Part shown: positions 10,027-20,051 of the stretch, piece after piece
Layout of the letters: each line of letters begins with the position of its first letter
How positions within the stretch are numbered: the stretch's first letter is position 1
From: Coniocarpon cinnabarinum
Taxonomy: Eukaryota
Length of the DNA: 26,092 bases
Assembly: GCA_051942205.1 (NCBI GenBank)
Contig: JAVECO010000093.1
Coordinates: 62,001-88,092, forward strand
Reading direction: 5' to 3'
Program-made: the position numbers and the translations under genes
Notes under the pieces: model-generated
The model's input: the letters and a program-made list of their open reading frames with translations, nothing else
Told to the model about the DNA's origin: nothing
Databases searched by the model: none

Positions 10027-12154
10027 TCACATTTGCTGCGCGCAACTCATCAAGCTCCCAATAAAAGTCGTCACCAGCCGACTTCGCACCTGGCAGATAT
10101 CCTCCGGGACCAACCAAATCGTCGCGCCCATCTTCCGTGCAATACTAATCGCCAACTTGGCGTTCGCATATGCCTCTTCGTCCGTGCGACCTGCTGCAAC
10201 CAGGTCATAGTCAACGTACGAGCTCTTCATGCCGCTCAGCACGTCCAGCAGGAAGATGCCGTTGCCGATCGACGCGTCTTTGAAACTGCGTATTGATGAG
10301 GTTTTGCCACCTTTACGCGCGGTGTCGTTAGCCCACTTGACCATGTCCGAGTCCGAGAGGTCGCGCTTGCCCATGCTTTGAGCTAGGCCGCCGAGAGTCC
10401 GAACGATGTCTGCGCGCATGAGCTGCCAGACGAGGCCCAGTGTGAGTGTGCGTTGGCCGTCAGTGATGTCCGCGCCTTGGACGCCGACAAGTGAGAATCG
10501 ATTTTGCTTGCCAAGCTCAATGGCGTAGTTGGTGTTCTCGATCGCCTTGAAACGCATCAGCTCTCCTCCTGATGCTGGTCGCTTGTTGACATGGCGCCAG
10601 TTCACAGTGCCAGGCATGACTTTGTCATACGCTTGTAGAAGTATAGATCCGTCTCGTAGGTCGTCGAAGAACGACACGACTGTCGGGTTCACGTCCAGCG
10701 AATTCAACCACAGAGTGAAGACTCGTGCCTCACGTTCTCCTTCGGCATCAAAATCTTCAATATCGGCCTTTTCTTCCTCGGTGATCGGATCTAAGCCTGG
10801 CCAGGTGTTGAAAAGGTTAGCCACGAACGCAAGGTTCAGCCTCGAGTTGCCTGCAACAAGTGCTGAAGGGGTCAAGAATTTTCTGCAGCCTATTTTGTCT
10901 GCGTTGTCGAGAACTTGCTCGGCACGCTGCAAAACGTCACGGGTTTGCAGCGGGCCTCTTGAGCATTGTTCAGGTTTCAGTTGATTGAGCAGAACCGCGT
11001 AATTTTCGCCATCTTTCACATCGTTGCTGAAGTTCGCAACTCTGAGGTAACAGGTCAGGTCAACTTAACAAGAGAAATCCATAACCGCACTTACTTTCTG
11101 TGCCACTTGGCATTCTTCAGATGGTAGTTGAACCATCGCAGCAGTATCTGCTCTGGTGGTAACCTGAGAAACTGCTCAAGGGTCTCGTCGTCTTCTAGTA
11201 ATCGATACAGCTCGGGATGAAGCTTGATGTCAATCTTGCCGAGGAGACCTCGCCGAATGATCTGCCATATCATGCCCAGAATAAGATGTTCTCTGACCTC
11301 AATAATATCTTGACTACCAATATTGACGACCGAGCATCCTATGCCCTTGGCGGAATTGATAACGATGTTCAAGTTTTCGGTCATGTGGAAGTTGTTCAAG
11401 GACTTTATTTTGCCGCCTTGCTTGTTCATCACTCGCTCGTCGATGGTATCCGGCACGCTGTCGTTGATCAACTTTGCTAAAACCAGACCGTCTTTGCACT
11501 GGTCGAACATCTCAAAAGTATCGGTCGAAAAGGGAACTTTGCCAGCCATGTCTCGGTCGCCTTCTAGGACCGCATTGATGTGTCGTGTGAACTCAGTCCG
11601 CTCGTCTTCATTGATGGTATGCGTAACGTTGGCGGAAGAGCCCTGCACCTGGATGCGGCCGCCCCCTACTCCTCCACCCTGGCTCCCTTTCGATGGATGT
11701 CCGCCCACCTGCGATCCATTTTGTGCCTCGCTTAGCCCGCGTGACCGTGTTGGACCCGTCGCCATTCGCTGTTGTGCGGCTGAGGGCTGACGTAATTTCG
11801 ACAAGAGCTACCACAGCATTAGCAAAAGTGCACAGGGGCATTGCCGCAAGGTCCGCGTACGCCGACATAATCGTCGAGTTCCACTCGTCTCGAACTATCC
11901 AGCTCGACTTCTCTTAATGCTTGACGGACGACGTCGTATGGCTGTCGCTCTGAATTTTGGACGGCTCTGATGGTAGTCGCTTCATCTAAATAGCCCTTGT
12001 CGTCCACGTCCAGCTTCCTGAACGAATCTTGAAGGCCAAAGATCTCATCTTGCGGGAATTGAGGGTACTTTCTGAACCACTCAATTAGCGTAGGAAGAGG
12101 GATAGTCGATGGAGAGCAAGTGTAAGCTTACTTCTGGAGTTTGATTATGTTCAT
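10027..12154 (-). CDS. SAC6: Fimbrin (actin-bundling protein, EF-hand headpiece plus 4 CH domains), ~653 aa. Exons 12154-12132, 12071-11861, 11807-11095, 11041-10027
   Basis: THTINEDERTEFTRHIN, DGLVLAKLINDSVPDTIDER, LPPEQILLRWFNYHL, EGEREARVFTLWLNSL, NAKLAISIARKMGA; three canonical introns; exon total divisible by 3. Confidence 0.97.
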
Positions 12155-12686
12155 GTTTGCGGCTGCCCGTAGCAAGAACGTGTAGGCAGGACCTAGAAGG
12201 TATTTATTGATTCACGAAAAGCAGACGCCTGACAACGACACCGGCGCAAGCACATTCTGGCAGGCGCAGCCTGAAGCGCGTCCCTGGTACGTCAGCGGGG
12301 CTTTGCACGGATTTTTTCGAGCCTCTTGCCGACCCTGCTCAACATTACATTTGTCCTCTCACCCTCCCCACAAGCAAATAGTCCTTTGTAGCTAATCATT
12401 AACACCTGCTAAAATACCTGCTAATGTTTCATCTTGACCCCCATTGAGTCCAGCAATATGGGCTGTCACGGCTGCATCCGATAGCTTTCCATCCAAATGT
12501 CTTGTGGAATAAATCGGCAGCAGACTTGCGCCACCGACAGACACTTGCTCTGCCAACGCTCATTTGGCTAATAACGTTTATACTAGCAGGTTAGTCTTTC
12601 GTGCAGATGTATTAATGCATGCAGGGCTCTTTTCTCAGCTTGCGTGCGCTGCTTGCTGCGCTGCGTTCTCTATTGGATCATATTGA

Positions 12687-13388
12687 ATGCTAGCTGGCGG
12701 CATTGCCTCCTTGGACCACATAGCAGCCGTCATGGGTCGCAGAGCCTTATCGCCCGCAACCCGCGCCCAGAGAATAGTCCAATGCAGGGAGAAGAAGAAA
12801 TTACGTATGCGCGAGGTCAGAGCTCAGGCTCGATCGCTGCTCGAGGAGAGCTTAACAGCCGAGCTTCCGTCTACAGCCCACGTAGATGACCTTTCCCAAC
12901 CTCTCGAACTAATGTCGACACGCACCACTCTAGAGGCTCAAGCCAGCGCCTTTGCACACGTCCAGACTCACGTCGACTTTCTGCTCGCCAACTCCCCCAT
13001 CTACGCGCACCTCTTCCACAACGTTGTCCTCCATGCCGTCACTCCGGGCCGCGTCATCGTACATTTGGCTTTGCTGCCTATCCATCTGAACTCCAAACAG
13101 TCGCTACATGGCTCTGTGTCTGCCACGCTTGTGGATTTCATGGGTGGTGTGGCGATTGCCAGCTATGATGAGCGGAACAATACAGGAGTGAGCACAGACA
13201 TGCACATAAGCTTTTTAAGTGGCGCAAAGGCCGGAGAGACGCTGGAGGTAGAAGGGAAGGTCGAAAGATGTGGTGGGACACTGGCGTATACGACTGTGGT
13301 GGTGAGGAAGCTCGACGGAGAAAAGGGAGAAGCCACTGGCGACATTGTATCAATGGGCAGTCACACAAAATTTGTGAGGACGAAGTAA
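12687..13388 (+). CDS. PaaI/ACOT13(Them2)-like hotdog-fold acyl-CoA thioesterase; start is either ATG 12687 or ATG 12912
   Basis: HLNSKQSLHGSVSATLVD (N..HG...D motif), GVSTDMHISFLS, GGTLAYTTV and C-terminal GSHTKFV, typical of the family. Confidence 0.88.
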   Translation: MLAGGIASLDHIAAVMGRRALSPATRAQRIVQCREKKKLRMREVRAQARSLLEESLTAELPSTAHVDDLSQPLELMSTRTTLEAQASAFAHVQTHVDFLLANSPIYAHLFHNVVLHAVTPGRVIVHLALLPIHLNSKQSLHGSVSATLVDFMGGVAIASYDERNNTGVSTDMHISFLSGAKAGETLEVEGKVERCGGTLAYTTVVVRKLDGEKGEATGDIVSMGSHTKFVRTK

Positions 13389-13891
13389 TATGGATGCAAG
13401 AAGGAGGAGCACGCTACATCTTTGCGTTTGGCTTCTATGTGTGGATGAAGCGTGAACTCACTCTAGTAGCGAAGAGCAAGATACGCCTCTCCTTCTAGCC
13501 TTAGAAGCCGGTGCTGGCATTTTCACGTCTGGCGCGGGCAATGTGGGCAGGCAACATAGAGAACTCCTGTGTCCGAGTAGAATTCGGGCATCTAAAGTAC
13601 GCAGTACAGAGAATAGAGATTTAGCAATGTAATTTCATTACACAAGTGTCCAGCGTCTGCGTTGGGCCTCTTGTGCCATCGTGTGTGGCAATTGATGGAC
13701 GAAATCTTCAAGCGAGACAATCTATGCACGCGTCCAAACGTCCCTGTCCCAGCGCCTCGCTAATTCCAAGTTTTCCAAATGCCAGTCCTGTCTCGATGCT
13801 ATTGAATGCTCCTTCCGTCTGTAGTCCCAATAGTATGTTCTTGAAATAATTTGACGCCTCGTGCCTGTACAAGATCAACACATCATTCGGC

Positions 13892-15863
13892 TCATAACTC
13901 CTTGAAGTCCATCGGACGCGCTCTGCGACCACGCTGAGCTGCGCGATGAGGATTGAGCGGTTTGCGCATGTATGCGTCGTCATCATTGCCTCGGGAAGCC
14001 TGTTGGTAAGGGAACGGGCTTCCTCGTTGAGCTTTTGGTCCGGTGGGGATGCCCTGATTTGTGTTCATGGTGCTGTTAAAGTTCCCTCCACTGGGCATAT
14101 TCCAATTACCGCCGTTCATGCCCATGCCATTTCCATTCGCATTGAAATTCATGTTACCATTGTTGCCAGCTATCGCGTTCGGCATACCCATCATGCCCAT
14201 TGAAAAAGGGTTCATACCATTTTGCATCATCTGCATCATGGCCGGGTTTGGCATACCAGACATGCCAGACATGTCAGACATGTTGGACATTGCATACGGA
14301 TTGAACCCATTCGCCATGGGCATTGCATTCATCCCGTTCATCGGATTACTGAACCCATATTGCTTTGCGAATTCATCCATCTGCTGCTCGAAGTGCTGGT
14401 CTGACTTGGTACTGGTGGGAGCTGACTTGTTCACTGCAGGCGAGGCGGGTTTCGGTTGAGGGCTACTGATTGATTCTCTTACCTTGGTCTTGGGGCTCTG
14501 AGGCTTTGAACCGGGAGGCGATGTGGTCTTCTGACGATGGTTAGGCAGCTCTTCTTCGGCGCGACGCTTTTTAGGGTTTGATGCAGCAGTAGTAGGCGGT
14601 GTGCTTGACTTCCTGGAATCATTTATCGGAGCTGGTGAGGGCGACTTAGAGGGTTTATTGGCTTCAGCAGGCTTGACTTTGGTCGCTTTCTCGTCCTGAT
14701 ACAATTTGATTTTCTTGACTGTTTCTTCATCTGCCTCAAGCTGATCAAACAATGCCTGCTCACCACAATTTGGACAGACGAGATCACTGTTAGCGAGAGC
14801 AGCCTCAATGCAATCGTGGCAATAGGTACGCCCGCAACAAGGGGTTTTCTGCGGGTCTACAAAGAGACGCTTGTCAATGGGACAAGCAAGGCCACGTTCC
14901 TCGAGTTCTTGGCTATCTGCATTCGATTCATCCTTTCTCGCCGCCGAGGCTTCAGCTTTAGCACGATACTGCTCCCAAGATGCCACATCAGGTATGGCTT
15001 CTACACGCTGACCTTCGGCATTCACCATAATGTTCGACGGCGTCTTTTTCTCCGACGTCAAACCGTCTGACACCGGCTCCTCGTCTTCCTTGACGGTACG
15101 TAAAAACGACCTGGGGATACCAGTAGTTCTCTTTACCCGAGGACCATTGTCGTAATTCGTGTCGTTGTTTGTTGGGCAATTCTGGATGAAGTGACCAGGC
15201 TTTCTGCATCGGTGACACACATATCCCACGGGTGGTGGACCTCGGGAGTTTTGATCTGGTCGCGGAGGAGCTCCTGATCGGCTGACTCTTGTGGCTCTGT
15301 AACGCTATCAGTTAGCACAAGAACTTATTTGTCACCACAAGTAAGGGAATTACGACTTACTCTGCCATGCGAGCTTTTTCTTGTTCCCACTGTGCGCCCG
15401 TCTCCTTGAACAGGGCTGCTATGTTTTCATCTTCAGATGCCGCCACCTTGGCGAGGTCACCAGAGGTAGAACCTGCTAGTTGCTCTGATTTTGTCGCGGT
15501 CTTTGCGATGGTGGGCATCTTGCCAGTCAGGTACCGTGCAGCACGTCCTCGACCAGGACCTTGCGCCGGCCGTGCTCGTTTCGCTGTGACAGAGGTGGAT
15601 CGAGGTAGCTGTGTGGTATCGTCATCGTATTCTACACAGGGTCAGTCAGGTCGGTCAGGTCTGCCGAGGAAGTTGCCAGGTTGCGACAAACCTTCATTCG
15701 TGTCGGGATTGGTGATGATTAAGTCGAAGTCGGTGCCATCCCCGAGGCCGGACTGAGTGATGATATCTCGTTTGAGTTCCCAAACTGAGATGCTGGTGCC
15801 GTCGAACGTCACACGAGATGGCTCTCGTTGGCTTGTGAACTTGAAGAACACGTTGGAAGACAT
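13892..15863 (-). CDS. MPE1: Mpe1/RBBP6 cleavage-polyadenylation factor (DWNN ubiquitin-like domain, CCHC zinc knuckle, RING/U-box-like domain), ~615 aa. Exons 15863-15692, 15631-15361, 15296-13892
   Basis: MSSNVFFKFTSQREPSRVTFDGTSISVWELKRDII (DWNN); GYVCHRCRKPGHFIQNCPT (knuckle); RVKRTTGIPRSFL; CPIDKRLF..TPCCGRTYCHDCI..CPNC (RING). The second intron must use CAG 15299-15297 to keep the frame. Confidence 0.95.
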
Positions 15864-16308
15864 CGCGAAGATGTTCAGATGTTTGACATTCAACAGCAAT
15901 GAAGCGATGTTGGGCTAACTACAGCAACAAATGGTTCTGAAATACCGACAGAGGTCGGGGAAACTGGGAAGGGAGACCAGTGTGAAAAAGTGTCCTGTTT
16001 GATTCTTGCAACCGAGTCCTTTGCCCTCTGCGCAATCGAGGATCTTGTCAAGCCCAATTTTTTTGGAACCCTTTGCCAACTCAATCACTAAGTCCCAGAC
16101 CTAACTCAATGAGCGCGATCGCTTTGTGTAGTGAATGGCAAGGTTTTCGCGTCTGCCTTGATGGATAAAGCGAACGGAGTGTTGAAGGAAGAAAGAAGAG
16201 GCTGGGATTCGAGCTGATAAAGCAATTAGCGCCTGAGCTCTTAGGCAGAAGCCGCTCTGACAAGGTGCCAAGAATGGCGCAGTTGAGCTAGCGTGCGAGA
16301 TTGCAAGA

Positions 16309-16339
16309 TCACGTGAGCAAGATGTCGACCGCACGTGAC
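16309..16339. promoter_or_regulatory. Paired CACGTG E-boxes (Cbf1-type RTCACGTG) upstream of MPE1
   Basis: TCACGTGA at 16309-16316 and GCACGTGAC at 16331-16339; cores are 22 bp apart. Function is inferred. Confidence 0.45.
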
Positions 16340-16690
16340 GGGAAGTCTTCGTGCTGGTGCAAATTGGAATCCAGTCGCACAATCCTTTCTGCAACCACAA
16401 TTCAATACAGAGTTGGAGACTGGCGTAAGTGCGGTAGGTACATACATTGACATAGCAGTCGAGGCCGCGATCTTTCCTTTAAAGATGTAAAATAAATCAT
16501 TGCACAGATCGCACACATTATTTATTGCTGAGAAACTCTGAGTACCTACGCCTAAGCATCTGGGGGTAGATACCCGGTCAGTGAAGCCGACGAAAGTCTT
16601 TCAAGTGGCCACTTTTCGGCGCCTCTCTTCAACACCAGACGCCATCCATGCATGCGAACTCAACGTCGGACTTTGAGAAATGTGATAATT

Positions 16691-19636
16691 TCAACCACGT
16701 GAATATGGATGGAATCCGCGGTGTCCTCCCCTTCCACGGAAGCCACCACCCGGTCGACCTGGATTCTTAGGACCAGTGGGCGCGTTGAGGGGAGCCTGAC
16801 CAGATGGTTGAGGGGTGTTCCCATGACGGCCGCCTCTGCCACGACCAGCCCTTCCTCCACTTCCACCTGCGAATTGATCGGGTTGAGGAACATCGTCGTA
16901 CATGCCCTCCCAAGAACTCGGCGTAGCACTCGCGCTCGTACCCTGCTGTGCCCTACGCGGATCCGCGCCCTGCTGGGATGCGCTTGAGCCCGGTCTGTTC
17001 CCCATGCCTCCCTGCATCGGACTCTGCATGCGCTGATTACCAGCCTGCTGCTGTTGCTGCATTTGTTGCATCATTTGCATCTGTTGCATCATGGCGGGGT
17101 TCATCTGACCCGCTTGTCCTTGGGCTGCGTTTGCATTCTGTCCTCGTTGCATGTTTTGCATTGCCATCATCTGTTGCATCATGGCGGGGTTCATTTGCCC
17201 TCCACCTTGTTGACCAGCTTGCATCGCCTGCATCATCTGGAACCAAGACTGCATCTTCGCCCAATATTGGGCCATCATTGCGGGACTCATGTTGTTCGTG
17301 TTCTGCTGTCCGTCTTGCATACCCTGCATCTGATTACCCATGCTTGATTGGTGATCTTGCCCCCGATTGAAGTGACCGCCTCGACCGCGTCCACGTCCAA
17401 ATCCTCTACTCATTTCTTCGTCATCTCGAGGTGCAATGCCGCGAGGTTGGGCTCGTTTCACTTCGATGGGCTTGTTCAGGATGGCGAGAGGCTGCGCCAG
17501 AGTGGCATCAACCGCGGCTTCTCCCTCAAAGGTAACAAATCCAAAGCCTCTCGGTCGACCTGTGTCCTTGTCCATCATGAGCGTGGCGTCGACAACGCGA
17601 CCAAATTGCGCGAAGAATTGCTCAAAGTCACGTTCTGTAGCGTCCTGGGACACACCGCCAACGAATATCTTGCTCGTGCGCTCTTGCTCTTCTCGTGGAA
17701 TAGCGCGCTTGGGATCAATCTGCGCCCTCGCCATTAGCAACGAATATGATCGAAAAGGGCAGCCATCAACAGCCAACTTACGATCTTGCCATCGAGGAAA
17801 TGTTCCTTCACCATGACTGTATTGACGTGCTTTGGGTCCTTGAACGTGAGGAAGCCGAATCCACGTGATCTGCCACTGCCACCATCTCGCATGACAGTAC
17901 ATTCAATTACCTCACCGAACTGGGAGAAGTAATCGTGCAATGATTCTGGCCCGGGATTAGCAAGTCGGAATGTCAGAAGCATCGAGTGTAAACCTACGAT
18001 CCGTTGTTTCCCAGTTCAGACCACCAATAAACATCTTTCTTCACCCACGAGTCAGCTTGGTTGCAATAAGCATGGCATGCAGTCAAACGCCAAGACCTCC
18101 GAAACAGCAGCAACAGCAGCAGCAGCAGCAGCAGCATAAGTAGCAACATTAGTAGCAGCATAGTAGTGATTTTCCTGGTCTCGGTGTGAGGTGCAGAGAT
18201 CGACCTAGATGTAAATGCTGCCCGCCCCTGAAATATGATCCGTTGGTGTTGGTAGCATCAATGTAATACTGCTTGACGAGCTCGTCGACTCCCGTGGAAG
18301 TGCGAGAATCATGTCCAATCAGCCTCAAACCTGGCTGACGTGATACTACACAGTCATCCATCGTTTGATGTGCACCAGCTTCCGACACTGCATGCAGCAA
18401 TCATTGCGCAAGCAGCTTTGACGCCATTGTTGATTCCTTGCTCTGAGAGACGACTCGAGGATTGGGAACAGCGCCAGCTACATTGATCTAGACTGAATGA
18501 GGAAGCGCAGCACTCGTCTGAGACGTATAGTGGAAGAGCTCTTGTTCGTTCATTGTCGCTGTCTGCTATGACCGGCTATCAAGACATCTGGATCTAGATT
18601 TAGTGCAAGTACCTGTACCAGCTGCAAATGATTGCTGTACCCTAGCCAAGCTTTTTCAAATGCTCGAAAGTTCCTGTTGACAATCTCCTGAGCTCGAATC
18701 AAACAACCCAGAACAAGGACTTCTCTGTTCACGCGTTTGAGCACAGAATGCTGCGTGCACTCGTCACAGACATCATCGAAGTCCAGCCAAAATCGCGCTC
18801 ATCCCGTCTTGATGTCATAATCACGGACATATTCGAGAAAGCTCAAAATGACCAGTCTAAGCCGAGGGCAAGATCTAGCGCTGTATGTAATGAAGCCATG
18901 AATCTCAGCCGCTCGACCAGACTGCAAGTACCCGAAAGCATATCCTTCGCGTTGACGATGGATAGCTAGGTTGTCTGTGTCCCGATGCCATGCCAACACC
19001 TTGGGAGACGCCGTCTTTGCGTGGAATTTCTAAGTCTGAGCAGACCCACAAAGTCTACTCATGCGGCCAGCCCTTTTCGAGCGCGAGTAATAGCTATGTC
19101 AAGTGCTAATGTTTGTGCGACTGCAGACGTGTCTCACTGCACCTTTTGCTACGATAGCTACAACCATTGGCTGAATGTTGCCGCTGCTACTGCTGCTGCT
19201 ACTGCTATTGAATCAGATTAATGGCAATCACTTACCCATCTTCTTTGATGCCCACTGTAGCTGGGAACCCATGTTCATTTAATGCAGTTTCGTCATTGCC
19301 AAAGTCTTGGCTCCCAAATTGCTGCGCCGGGTACTGGTGTTGCGCGGTATCAAGAACATCCCCTTGGCTATTGAAGGCTGCTGCGAAATCTTCTTGCTTC
19401 AGTGGTTCATTATATTGCTCTTCAGGCTTGACTTCATTGGAAAATACTGGGGCGGGCAGAGCAGGCTCGACCTTGATCGCGGTTTCCACAGGTAAGTCGG
19501 GCTTCTTTGGCTCTTCATCACCTTCGTAGCTAGTTTATATTAGCTGATATGTACACGCTGTATCCGGCAGAAACCATTCGCGGAAATTGCATGAGGCAAC
19601 TTACAGGTCTGCGAAGAGATCCTCCTCATCAGCCAT
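16691..19636 (-). CDS. HRP1: Hrp1/Nab4-like two-RRM hnRNP (CF IB), ~519 aa. Exons 19636-19605, 19529-19236, 18038-17998, 17945-17782, 17719-16691
   Basis: KEDG|KMFIGGLNWETTD (RNP2), RSRGFGFLTF (RNP1), KIFVGGVSQ and RPRGFGFVTF (RRM2), RGG repeats, Q/M-rich low-complexity region, C-terminal PY-NLS (RGFHPYSRG). Exon total is 1560 nt, in frame. Confidence 0.93.
18103..18150. repeat. (CAG)n-rich tract, one arm of the inverted repeat bracketing HRP1 intron 2
   Basis: aacagcagcaacagcagcagcagcagcagcagcataagtagcaacatt; complementary (with G-U pairs and one bulge) to 19174-19209. Confidence 0.85.
19174..19209. repeat. (CTG/CTA)n-rich tract, other arm of the inverted repeat bracketing HRP1 intron 2
   Basis: aatgttgccgctgctactgctgctgctactgctatt; begins 26 nt inside the intron donor. 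Confidence 0.85.
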
Positions 19637-20051
19637 CGCAGCTTCCGCGAGCCTGAAGCGAGCCTCAAAGAAGTACGATGAATCAGTAGCTTTGTGAATT
19701 GTAGTAGACGCGGCCAAGTGGGAAAGGCTCTATCAACACTCTTACCTTTCTCCGCCAGCTTAAACGACAGGCAGGTAGCAGAGAGCTTTCGTTGAGCTTT
19801 GGATGACTGCTCAGTGACAAGTGAGAGCGGAGTGAGCGGGTGAAGAGAAGGGTTGTTGTTGGCTCGCGTATGAACAGGGTAAGAAGAGTCGCCAAGTCTT
19901 GGCTAAACTTTCCTTTGAAATCCGACTTACGAACGCGACCAAATGCTCGGCTATCAATGAGTATAATGAAACCTACCTGAGCACAAGAATGCCCCACGCA
20001 AATAGGCCAGAGTGACAGCTTGAGACTGAAGCAAAGGCGCCATTCAGTAAC

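Larger units (their letters stand above)
18039..19235 (-). other. 1197-nt HRP1 intron 2 (GTAAGT donor, GCTGAC branch, AAG acceptor)
   Basis: Required to join ...IKEDG to KMFIGG...; all other coding-region introns in the window are 47-106 nt. Confidence 0.88.

Noticed and set aside
18149..19221. Small ORFs or an intronic snoRNA inside the long HRP1 intron
   Set aside because: The ORFs are 64-83 aa without motifs, and I found no well-formed C/D pair with a terminal stem on the sense strand. An Rfam search could still overturn this.
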